Shown here piece by piece: positions 50,951-62,300 of a DNA stretch of 64,000 bases. The notes beneath the pieces were generated by a model that was given only the letters and a program-made list of their open reading frames with translations, was not told the DNA's origin and did no database searches. The first letter of the stretch is position 1; every line of letters begins with the position of its first letter. Source of the stretch: Eledone cirrhosa (taxonomy: Eukaryota); NCBI GenBank assembly GCA_964016885.1, contig OZ024754.1:25854001-25918000 (forward strand), given 5' to 3'. Position numbers and translations under genes: made by a program.

Positions 50951-53900
50951 CTTCTGCTGTCCAGCTCTCCTGAGAGCTTCTTCTCAGACAGCCTTCTGCT
51001 GTCCACCTCTACTTAAAGTTTCTTCACAGATAACCTTCTGCTGTCCACCTCTCCTGAGAGTTTCTTCTCAGACAACCTGTGGCTGTCCACCTCTCCTGAG
51101 AGTTTCTTCTCAGACAACCTTCTGCTGTCCAGCTCTCCTGAGAGTTTCTTCTCAGAGAACCTGCTGTTGTCCACCTCTCCTGAGAGTTTCTTCTCAGACA
51201 ACCTGCTGCTGTCCACCTCTCCTGAGAGTTTCTTCTCAGACAACCTTCTGCTGTCCAGCTCTCCTGAGAGTTTCTTCTCAGACAACCTTCTGCAGTCCAG
51301 CTCTAGTGAAAGTTTCTTCACAGATAACCTTCTGCTGTACACCTCTCCTGAGAGTTTCTTCTCAGACAACCTGTGGATGTCCACCTCTCCTGAGAATTTC
51401 TTCTCAGACAACCTTCTGCTGTCCAGCTCTCCCTGAGAGTTTCTTCTCAGACAACCTTCTGCTGTCCAGCTCTCCTGAGAGTTTCTTCTCAGACAACCTG
51501 CTGCTGTCCACCTCTCCTGAGAGTTTCTTCTCAGACAACCTGCTGCTGTCCACCTCTCCTGAGAGTTTCTTCTCAGAGAACCTTCTTCTGTCCAGCTCTC
51601 CTGAGAGTTTCTTCTCAGAGAACCTTCTGTTGTCCACCTCTCCTGAGAGTTTCTTCTCAGACAACCTGCTGCTGTCCACCTCTCCTGAGAGTTTCTTCTC
51701 AGACAACCTTCTGCTGTCCACCTCTCCTGAGAATGTTCTTCTCAGATAACCTGTTGCTGTCCAGCTCTCCCTGAGAGTTTCTTCTCAGACAACCTTCTGC
51801 TGTCCAGCTCTCCTGAAAGTTTCTTCACAGATAACCTTCTGCTGTCCACCTCTCCTGAGAGTTCCTTCTCAGACGACCATCTGCTGTCCACCTCTCCTGA
51901 GAGTTTCTTCTCAGACAACCTTCTGCTGTCCACCTCTCCTGAGAGTTTCTTCTCAGACGACCTTCTGCTGTCCAGCTCTCCCTGAGAGTTTCGTCTCAGA
52001 CGACCTGCTGCTGTCCAGCTCTCCCTGAGAGTTTCTTCTCAAACAACCTTCTGCTGTCCTGCTCTCCTGAGAGTTTCTTCTCAGACGACCTTCTGCTGTC
52101 GACCTCTCCCTGAGAATTTCTTCTCAGACAACCTGTGGCTGTCCACCTCTCCTGAGAGTTTCTTCTCAGACAAGATGCTGCTGTCCACCTCTCCTGAGAG
52201 TTTCTTCTCAGACAACCTTCTGCTGTCCAGCTCTCCCTGAGAGTTTCTTCTCAGACGACCTTCTGCTCTCCAGCACTCCCTGAGAATTTCTTCTCAGACG
52301 ACCTGCTGCTGTCCAGCTCTCCCTGAGAGTTTCTTCTCAGACGACCTTCTGCTGTCCAGCTCTCACTGAGAGTTTCTTCTCAGACGACCTGCTGCTGTCC
52401 AGCTCTCCCTGAGAGTTTCTTCTCAGACAACCTTCTGCTGTCCTGCTCTCCTGAGAGTTTCTTCTCAGACGACCTTCTGCTGTCCACCTCTCCCTGAGAG
52501 TTTCTTCTCAGACAACCTGTGGCTGTCCACCTCTCCTGAGAGTTTCTTCTCAGGCAACCTTCTGCTGTCCAGCTCTCCTGAGAGTTTCTTCTCAGAGAAC
52601 CTGCTATTGTCCACCTCTCCTGAGAGTTTCTTCTCAGACAACCTGTGGCGGTCCACCTCTCCTGAGAGTTTCTTCTCAGACAACCTTCTGCTGTCCAGCT
52701 CTCCTGAGAGTTTCTTCTCAGACAACCTGTGGCTGTCCACCTCTCCTGAGAGTTTCTTCTCAGACAACCTTCTGCTGTCCAGCTCTCCTGAGAGTTTCTT
52801 CTCAGACAGCCTTCTGCTGTCCACCTCTCCTGAAAGTTTCTTCACAGATAACCTTCAGCTGTCCACCTCTCCTGAGAGTTTCTTCTCAGACAACCTTCTG
52901 CTGTCCAGCTCTCCTGAGAGTTTCTTCTCAGACAACCTGCTGCTGTCCACCTCTCCAGAGAGTTTCTTCTCAGACAACCTGCTGCTGTCCACCTGTCTTG
53001 AGAGTTTCTTCTCAGACAACCTGCTGTTGTCCACCTCTCCTGAGATTTCTTCTCAGACAACCTGCTGCTGTCTACCTCTCCTGAGAGTTTCTTCTCAGAC
53101 AACCTTCTGCTGTCCACCTCTCCTGCGAGGTTCTTCTCAGATAACCTTCTGCTGTCCAGCTCTCCTGAGAGTTTCTTCTCAGACAACCTTCTGCTGTCCA
53201 GCTCTCCTGAGAGTTTCTTCTCAGACAACCTGCTACTGTCCAGCTCTCCTGAAAGTTTCTTCTCAGACAACCTTCTGCTGTCCAGCTCTCCTGAGAGTTT
53301 CTTCTCAGACAACCTGCTGTTGTCCACCTCTCCTGAGAGTTTCTTCTCAGACAACCTACTGCTGTCCACCTCTCCTGAGAGTTTCTTCTCAGACAACCTT
53401 CTGCTGTCCAGCTCTCCTGAGAGTTTCTTCTCAGAGAACCTTCTGTTGTCCACCTCTCCTGAGAGTTTCTTCTCAGACAACCTGCTGCTGTCCACCTCTC
53501 CTGAGAGTTTCTTCTCAGACAACCTTCTGCTGTCCACCTCTCCTGAGAATGTTCTTCTCAGATAACCTGTTGCTGTCCAGCTCTCCCTGAGAGTTTCTTC
53601 TCAGACAACCTTCTGCTGTCCAGCTCTCCTGAAAGTTTCTTCACAGATAACCTTCTGCTGTCCACCTCTCCTGAGAGTTCCTTCTCAGACGACCATCTGC
53701 TGTCCACCTCTCCTGAGAGTTTCTTCTCAGACAACCTTCTGCTGTCCACCTCTCCTGAGAGTTTCTTCTCAGAGAACCTGCTGTTGTCCACCTCTCCCTG
53801 AGAGTTTCTTCTCAGACAACCTGTGACTGTCCAACTCTCCTCAGAGTTTCTTCTCTGAGGACCTTCTGCTGTCCAGCTTTCCCTGAGAGTTTCTTCTCAG

Positions 53901-55450
53901 ACGACCTTCTGCTGTCCAGCTCTCCCTGAGAGTTTCTTCTCAGACGACCTTCTACTGTCCAGCTCTCCCTGAGAGTTTCTTCTCAGGCGACCTTCTGCTG
54001 TCCAGCTCTCCCTGAGAGTTTCTTCTCAGACAACCTTCTGCTGTCCAGCTCTCCTGAGAGCTTCTTCTCAGACAGCCTTCTGCTGTCCACCTCTACTTAA
54101 AGTTTCTTCACAGATAACCTTCTGCTGTCCACCTCTCCTGAGAGTTTCTTCTCAGACAACCTGTGGCTGTCCACCTCTCCTGAGAGTTTCTTTTCAGACA
54201 ACCTTCTGCTGTCCAGCTCTCCTTAGAGTTTCTTCTCAGAGAACCTGCTGTTGTCCACCTCTCCTGAGAGTTTCTTCTCAGACAACCTGCTGCTGTCGAC
54301 CTCTCCTGAGAGTTTCTTCTCAGACAACCTTCTGCAGTCCAGCTCTCCTGAAAGTTTCTTCACAGATAACCTTCTGCTGTCCACCTCCCCTGAGAGTTTC
54401 TCCTCAGACAACCTGTGACTGTCCCCCTCTCCTGAGAATTTCTTCTCAGACAACCTTCTGCTGTCCAGCTCTCCCTGAGAGTTTCTTCTCAGACAACCTG
54501 CTGCTGTCCACCTCTCCTGAGAGTTTCTTCTCAGACAACCTGCTGCTGTCCACCTCTCCTGAGAGTTTCTTCTCAGACAACCTTCTTCTGTCCAGCTCTC
54601 ATGAGAGTTTCTTCTCAGAGAACCTTCTGTTGTCCACCTCTCCTGAGAGTTTCTTCTCAGACAACCTGCTGCTGTCCACCTCTCCTGATAGTTTCTTCTC
54701 AGACAACCTTCTGCTGTCCACCTCTCCTGAGAATGTTCTTCTCAGATAACCTGTTGCTGTCCAGCTCTCCCTGAGAGTTTCTTCTCAGACAACCTTCTGC
54801 TGTCCAGCTCTCCTGAAAGTTTCTTCACAGATAACCTTCTGCTGTCCACCTCTCCTGAGAGTTCCTTCTCAGACGACCATCTGCTGTCCACCTCTCCTGA
54901 GAGTTTCTTCTCAGACAACCTTCTGCTGTCCACCTCTCCTGAGAGTTTCTTCTCAGACGACCTTCTGCTGTCCAGCTCACACTGAGAGTTTCTTCTCAGA
55001 CGACCTGCTTCTGTCCAGCTCTCCCTGAGAGTTTCTTCTCAGACAACCTTCTGCTGTCCTGCTCTCCTGAGAGTTTCTTCTCAGACGACCTTCTGCTGTC
55101 CACCTCACCTGAGAGTTTCTTCTCAGACAACCTGTGGCTGTCCACCTCTCCTGAGAGTTTCTTCTCAGACAAGATGCTGCTGTCCACCTCTCCTGAGAGT
55201 TTCTTCTCAGACAACCTTCTGCTGTCCAGCTCTCCCTGAGAGTTTCTTCTCAGACGACCTTCTGCTCTCCAGCACTCCCTGAGAATTTCTTCTCAGACGA
55301 CCTGCTGCTATCCAGCTCTCCCTGAGAGTTTCTTCTCAGACGACCTTCTGCTGTCCAGCTCTCACTGAGAGTTTCTTCTCAGACGACCTGCTGCTGTCCA
55401 GCTCTCCCTGAGAGTTTCTTCTCAGACAACCTTCTGCTGTCCTGCTCTAC
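50800..55450 (+). repeat. More diverged duplication, offset about 3000-3084 bp
   Basis: Identical ORFs 51742/54742. Marker gagagcttc...tacttaaag is at ~51010 and ~54094, and gacaagatgctg at ~52169 and ~55168. Confidence 0.75.
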
Positions 55451-58400
55451 TGAGAGTTTCTTCTCAGACAACCTGCTGTTGTCCACCTCTCCTGAGATTT
55501 CTTCTCAGACAACCTGCTGCTGTCCACCTCTCCTGAGAGTTTCTTCTCAGACGACCTTCTGCTGTCCACCTCTCCCTGAGAGTTTCTTCTCAGACAACCT
55601 GTGGCTGTCCACCTCTCTTGAGAGTTTCTTCTCAGACAACCTTCTGCTGTCCAGCTCTCCTGAGAGTTTCTTCTCAGAGAACCTGCTGTTGTCCACCTCT
55701 CCTGAGAGTTTCTTCTCAGACAACCTGTGGCTGTCCACCTCTCCTGAGAGTTTCTTCTCAGACAACCTTCTGCTGTCCAGCTCTCCTGAGAGTGTCTTCT
55801 CAGACAACCTGTGGCTGTCCACCTCTCCTGAGAGTTTCTTCTCAGACAACCTTCTGCTGTCCACCTCTCCTGAGAGTTTCTTCTCAGACAACCTGCTGTT
55901 GTCCACCTCTCCTGAGATTTCTTCTCAGACAACCTGCTGCTGTCCACCTCTCCTGAGAGTTTCTTCTCAGACAACCTTCTGCTGTCCACCTCTCCTGCGA
56001 GGTTCTTCTCAGATAACCTTCTGCTGTCCAGCTCTCCTGAGAGTTTCTTCTCAGACAACCTGCTGCTGTCCACCTCTCCTGAGAGTTTCTTCTCAGACAA
56101 CCTACTGCTGTCCACCTCTCCTGAGAGTTTCTTCTCAGACAACCTTCTGCTCTCCAGCTCTCCTGAGAGTTTCTTCTCAGAGAACCTTCTGTTGTCCACC
56201 TCTCCTGAGAGTTTCTTTTCAGACAACCTGCTGCTGTCCACCTCTCCCGAGAGTTTCTTCTCAGACAACCTTCTGCTGTCCACCTCTCCTGAGAATGTCT
56301 TCTCAGATAACCTGTTGCTGTCCAGCTCTCCCTGAGAGTTTCTTCTCAGACAACCTTCTGCTGTCCAGCTCTCCTGAGAGTTTCTTCTCAGACAACCTTC
56401 TGCTGTCCACCTCTCCTGAGAGTTTCTTCTCAGACGACCTTCTGCTGTCGACCTCTCCCTGAGAATTTCTTCTCAGACAACCTGTGGCTGTCCACCTCTC
56501 CTGAGAGTTTCTTCTCAGACAAGATGCTGCTGTCCACCTCTCCTGAGAGTTTCTTCTCAGACAACCTTCTGCTGTCCAGCTCTCCCTGAGAGTTTCTTCT
56601 TAGACGACCTGCTGCTGTCCAGCTCTCCCTGAGAGTTTCTTCTCAGACAACCTTCTGCTGTCCTGCTCTCCCTAGAGTTTCTTCTCAGACAACCTGTGGC
56701 TGTCCACCTCTCCTGAGAGTTTCTTCTCAGACAACATGCTGCTGTCCACCTCTCCTGAGAGTTTCTTCTCAGACAACCTTCTGCTGTCCAGCTCTCCCTG
56801 AGAGTTTCTTCTCAGACGACCTTCTGCTCTCCAGCACTCCCTGAGAATTTCTTCTCAGACGACCTGCTGCTGTCCAGCTCTCCCTGAGAGTTTCTTCTCA
56901 GACGACCTTCTGCTGTCCACCTCTCCCTGAGAGTTTCTTCTCAGACAACCTTCTGCTGTCCACCTCTCCCTGAGAGTTTCTTCTCAGACAACCTGTGGCT
57001 GTCCACCTCTCCTGAGAGTTTCTTCTCAGACAACATGCTGCTGTCCACCTCTCCTGAGAGTTTCTTCTCAGACAACCTTCTGCTGTCCACATCTCCCTGA
57101 GAGTTTCTTCTCAGACGACCTTCTGCTCTCCATCACTCCCTGAGAATTTCTTCTCAGACGACCTGCTGCTGTCCAGCTCTCCCTGAGAGTTTCTTCTCAG
57201 ACGACCTTCTGCTGTCCACCTCCTCCTGAGAGTTTCTTCTCAGACAACCTGTGGCTGTCCACCTCTCCTGAGAGTTTCTTCTCAGACAACCTTCTGCTGT
57301 CCAGCTCTCCTGAGAGTTTCTTCTCAGAGAACCTGCTGTTGTCCACCTCTCCCTGAGAGTTTCTTCTCAGACAACCTTCTGCTGTCCAGCTCTCCTGAGA
57401 GTTTCTTCTCAGAGGACCTTCTGTTGTGCACCTCTCCCTGAGAGATTCTTCTCAGACAACCTGTGAATGTCCAACTCTCCTCAGAGTTTCTTCTCTGAGG
57501 ACCTTCTGCTGTCCAGCTTTCCCTGAGAGTTTCTTCTCAGACGACCTTCTGCTGTCCAGCTCTCCCTGAGAGTTTCTTCTCAGACGACCTTCTACTGTCC
57601 AGCTCTCCTGAGAGTTTCTTCTCAGACGACCTTCTACTGTCCAGCTCTCCCTGAGAGTTTCTTCTCAGGCGACCTTCTGCTGTCCAGCTCTCCCTGAGAG
57701 TTTCTTCTCAGACAACCTTCTGCTGTCCAGCTCTCCTGAGAGTTCCTTCTCAGACAACCTGCTGCTGTCCACCTCTCCTGAGAGTTTCTTCTCAGACAAC
57801 CTGCTCTGTCCACCTCTCCTGAGAGTTTCTTCTCAGACAACCTTCTGCTGTCCAGCTCTCCTGAGAGTTTCTTCTCAGAGAACCTTCTGTTGTCCAGCTC
57901 TCCTGTGAGTTTTTTCTCAGACAACCTGCTGCTGTCCACCTCTCCTGAGAGTTTCTTCTCAGACAACCTTCTGCTGTCCACCTCTCCTGAGAATGTTCTT
58001 ATCAGGTAACCTGTTGCTGTCCAGCTCTCCCTGAGAGTATCTTCTCAGACAACCTTCTGCAGTCCAGCTCTCCTGAAAGTTTCTTCACAGATAACCTTCT
58101 GCTGTCCACCTCTCCTGAGAGTTCCTTCTCAGACGACCATCTGCTGTCCACCTCTCCTGAGTGTTTCTTCTCAGACAACCTTCTGCTGTCCACCTCTCCT
58201 GAGAGTTTCTTCTCAGACGACCTTCTGCTGTCCACCTCTCCCTGAGAGTTTCTTCTCAGACGACCTGCTGCTGTCCAGCTCTCCCTGAGAGTTTCTTCTC
58301 AGACAAACTTCTGCTGTCCTGCTCTCCTGAGAGTTTCTTCTCAGACGACCTTCTGCTGTCCACCTCTCCCTGAGAGTTTCTTCTCAGACAACCTGTGGCT

Positions 58401-59399
58401 GTCCACCTCTCCTGAGAGTTTCTTCTCAGACAACATGCTGCTGTCCACCTCTCCTGAGAGTTTCTTCTCAGACAACCTTCTGCTGTCCAGCTCTCCCTGA
58501 GTGTTTCTTCTCAGACGACCTTCTGCTCTCCAGCACCCCCTGAGAATTTCTTCTCAGACGACCTGCTGCTGTCCAGCTCTCCCTGAGAGTTTCTTCTCAG
58601 ACGACCTTCTGCTGTCCACCTCTCCCTGAGAGTTTCTTCTCAGACAACCTGTGGCTGTCCACCTCTCCTGAGAGTTTCTTCTCAGACAACCTTCTGCTGT
58701 CCAGCTCTCCTGGGAGTTTCTTCTCAGAGAACCTGCTGTTGTCCACCTCTCCCTGAGAGTTTCTTCTCAGACAACCTTCTGCTGTCCAGCTCTCCTGAGA
58801 GTTTCTTCTCAGAGGACCTTCTGTTGTGCACCTCTCCCTGAGAGTTTCTTCTCAGACAACCTGTGACTGTCCAACTCTCCTCAGAGTTTCTTCTCTGAGG
58901 ACCTTCTGCTGTCCAGCTTTCCCTGAGAGTTTCTTCTCAGACGACCTTCTGCTGTCCAGCTCTCCCTGAGAGTTTCTTCTCAGACGACCTTCTACTGTCC
59001 AGCTCTCCCTGAGAGTTTCTTCTCAGACGACCTTCTACTGTCCAGCTCTCCCTGTGAGTTTCTTCTCAGGCGACCTTCTGCTGTCCAGCTCTCCCTGAGA
59101 GTTTCTTCTCAGACAACCTTCTGCTGTCCAGCTCTCCTGAGAGTTTCTTCTCAGACAACCTGCTGCTGTCCACCTCTCCTGAGAGTTTCTTCTCAGACAA
59201 CCTGCTACTGTCCACCTCTCCTGAGAGTTTCTTCTCAGACAAGCTGCTGTTGTCCACCTCTCCTGAGAGTTTCTTCTCAAACAACATTCTGCTGTCCAGC
59301 TCTCCTGAGAGTTTCTTCTCAGAAAACATGCAGCTGTCCACCTCTCCTGAGAGTTTCTTCTCAGACAAACTGTTGCTGTCCAACTCTCCCTGAGAGTTT

Positions 59400-62300
59400 C
59401 TTCTCAGACAACCTTCTGCTGTCCACCTCTCCTGAGAGTTTCTTCTCAGACGACCTTCTGCTGTCCAGCTCTCCTGAGAGTTTCTTCTCAGACGACCTTC
59501 TGCTGTCCAGCTCTCCCTGAGAGTTTCTTCTCAGACAACCTTCTGCTGTCCAGCTCTCCTGAGAGTTTCTTCTCAGACGACCTTCTGCTGTCCACCTCTC
59601 CCTGAGAGTTTCTTCTCAGACAACCTGTGGCTGTCGCACTCTCCTCGGAGTTTTTTCTCTGAGGACCTTCTGCTGTCCAGCTCTCCCTGAGAGTTTCTTC
59701 TCAGACAACCTGCTGCTGTCCACCTCTCCTGAGAGTTTCTTCTCAGACAACCTGTTGCTGTCCACCTCTCCCTGAGAGTTTCTTCTCAGACAACCTGCTG
59801 CTGTCCACCTATCCTGAGAGTTTCTTCTCAGACAACCTGCTGCTGTCCACCTCTCCTGAGAGTTTCTTCTCAGACAACCTTCTGCTGTCCAGCTCTCCTG
59901 AGAGTTTCTTCTCAGAGAACCTTCTGTTGTCCACCTCTCCTGAGAGTTTTTTCTCAGACAACCTCCTGCTGTCCACCTCTCCTGAGAGTTTCTTCTCAGA
60001 CAACCTTCTGCTGTCCACCTCTCCTGAGAATGTTCTTCTCAGGTAACCTGTTGCTGTCCAGCTCTCGCTGAGAGTTTCTTCTCAGACAACCTTCTGCTGT
60101 CCAGCTCTCCTGAAAGTTTCTTCACAGATAACCTTCTGCTGTCCACCTCTCCTGAGAGTTCCTTCTCAGACGACCATCTGCTGTCCACCTCTCCTGAGAG
60201 TTTCTTCTCAGACAACCTTCTGCTGTCCACCTCTCCCTGAGAGTTTCTTCTCAGACGACCTTCTGCTCTCCAGCACTCCCTGAGAATTTCTTCTCAGACG
60301 ACCTTCTGCTGTCCAGCTCTCCCTGAGAGTTTCTTCTCAGACGACCTTCTGCTGTCCAGCTCTCCCTGAGAGTTTCTTCTCAGACGACCTTCTGCTGTCC
60401 ACCTCTCCCTGAGAGTTTCTTCTCAGACAACCTGTGGCTGTCCACCTCTCCTGAGCGTTTCTTCTCAGACAACCTTCTGCTGTCCAGCTCTCCTGAGAGT
60501 TTCTTCTCAGAGAAGCTGCTGTTGTCCACCTCTCCTGAGAGTTTCTTCTCAGACAACCTGCTGCTGTCCACCTCTCCTGTGAGTTTCTTCTACTGTCCAC
60601 CTCTCCTGAGAGTGTTCTTCTCAGATAACCTGTTGCTGTCCAGCTCTCCCTGAGAGTTTCTTCTCAGACAACCTTCTGCTGTCCAGCTCTCCTGAAAGTT
60701 TCTTCACAGATAACCTTCTGCTGTCCACCTCTCCTGAGAGATTCTTCTCAGACAACCTGTGGCTGTCCACCTCTCCTGAGAGTTTCTTCTCAGACAACCT
60801 TCTGCTTTCCAGCTCTCCTGAGAGTTTCTTCTCAGACAGCCTTCTGCTGTCCACCTCTCCTGAAAGTTTCTTCACAGATAACCTTCAGCTGTCCACCTCT
60901 CCTGAGAGTTTCTTCTCAGACAACCTGTGGCTGTCCACCTCTCCTGAGAGTTTCTTCTCAGACAACCTTCTGCTGTCCAGCTCTCCCTGAGAGTTTCTTC
61001 TCAGACAACCTTCTGCTGTCCACCTCTGCCTGAGATTTTCTTCTCAGACAACCTGTGGCTGTCCAACTCTCCTCAGAGTTTCTTCTCAGACGACCTCCTG
61101 CTGTCCACCTCTCCTGAGAGTTTCTTCTCAGACAACCTGCTGTTGTCCACCTCTCCTGAGATTTCTTCTCAGACAACCTTCTGCTATCCACCTCTCCTGC
61201 GAGGTTCTTCTCAGATAACCTTCTGCTGTCCAGCTCTCCTGAGAGTTTCTTCTCAGACAACCTTCTGCTGTCCAGCTCTCCTGAGAGTTTCTTCTCAGAC
61301 AACCTGCTACTGTCCAGCTCTCCTGAAAGTTTCTTCTCAGACAAACTTCTGCTATCCAGCTCTCCTGAGAGTTTCTTCTCAGACAACCTGCTGCTGTCCA
61401 CCTCTCCTGAGAGTTTCTTCTCAGACAACCTACTGCTGTCCACCTCTCCTGAGAGTTTCTTCTCAGACAACCTTCTGCTGTCCAGCTCTCCCTGAGAGTT
61501 TCTTCTTAGACGACCTACTGCTGTCCACCTCTGCCTGAGATTTTCTTCTCAGACAACCTGTGGCTGTCCAACTCTCCTCAGAGTTTCTTCTCAGACGACC
61601 TCCTGCTGTCCAGCTCTGCCTGAGAGTTTCTTCTCAGACAACCTGTTGCTGTCCAGCTCTCCTGAGAGTTTATCCTCAGACAACCTTCTGCTGTCCACCT
61701 CTCCCTGAGAGTTTCTTCTCAGACAACCCTCTGCTGTCCAGCTCTCCTGAGAGTTTCTTCTCAGAGGACCTTCTGTTGTCCACCTCTCCCTGAGAGTTTC
61801 TTCTCAGACAACCTGTGACTGTCCAACTCTCCTCAGAGTTTCTTCTCTTAGGACCTTCTGTTGTCCAGCTCTCCCTGAGAGTTTCTTCTCAGACAACCTG
61901 TGACTCTCCAACTCTCCTCAGAGTTTCTTCTCTTAGGACCTTCTGCTGTCCAGCTCTCCCTGAGAGTTTCTTCTCAGACAACCTGCTACTGTCCAGCTCT
62001 CCTGAAAGTTTCTTCTCAGACAACCTTCTGCTATCCAGCTCTCCTGAGAGTTTCTTCTCAGACAACCTGCTGCTGTCCACCTCTCCTGAGAGTTTCTTCT
62101 CAGACAACCTACTGCTGTCCACCTCTCCTGAGAGTTTCTTCTCAGACAACCTTCTGCTGTCCAGCTCTCCCTGAGAGTTTCTTCTTAGACGACCTACTGC
62201 TGTCCACCTCTGCCTGAGATTTTCTTCTCAGACAACCTGTGGCTGTCCAACTCTCCTCAGAGTTTCTTCTCAGACGACCTCCTGCTGTCCAGCTCTGCCT

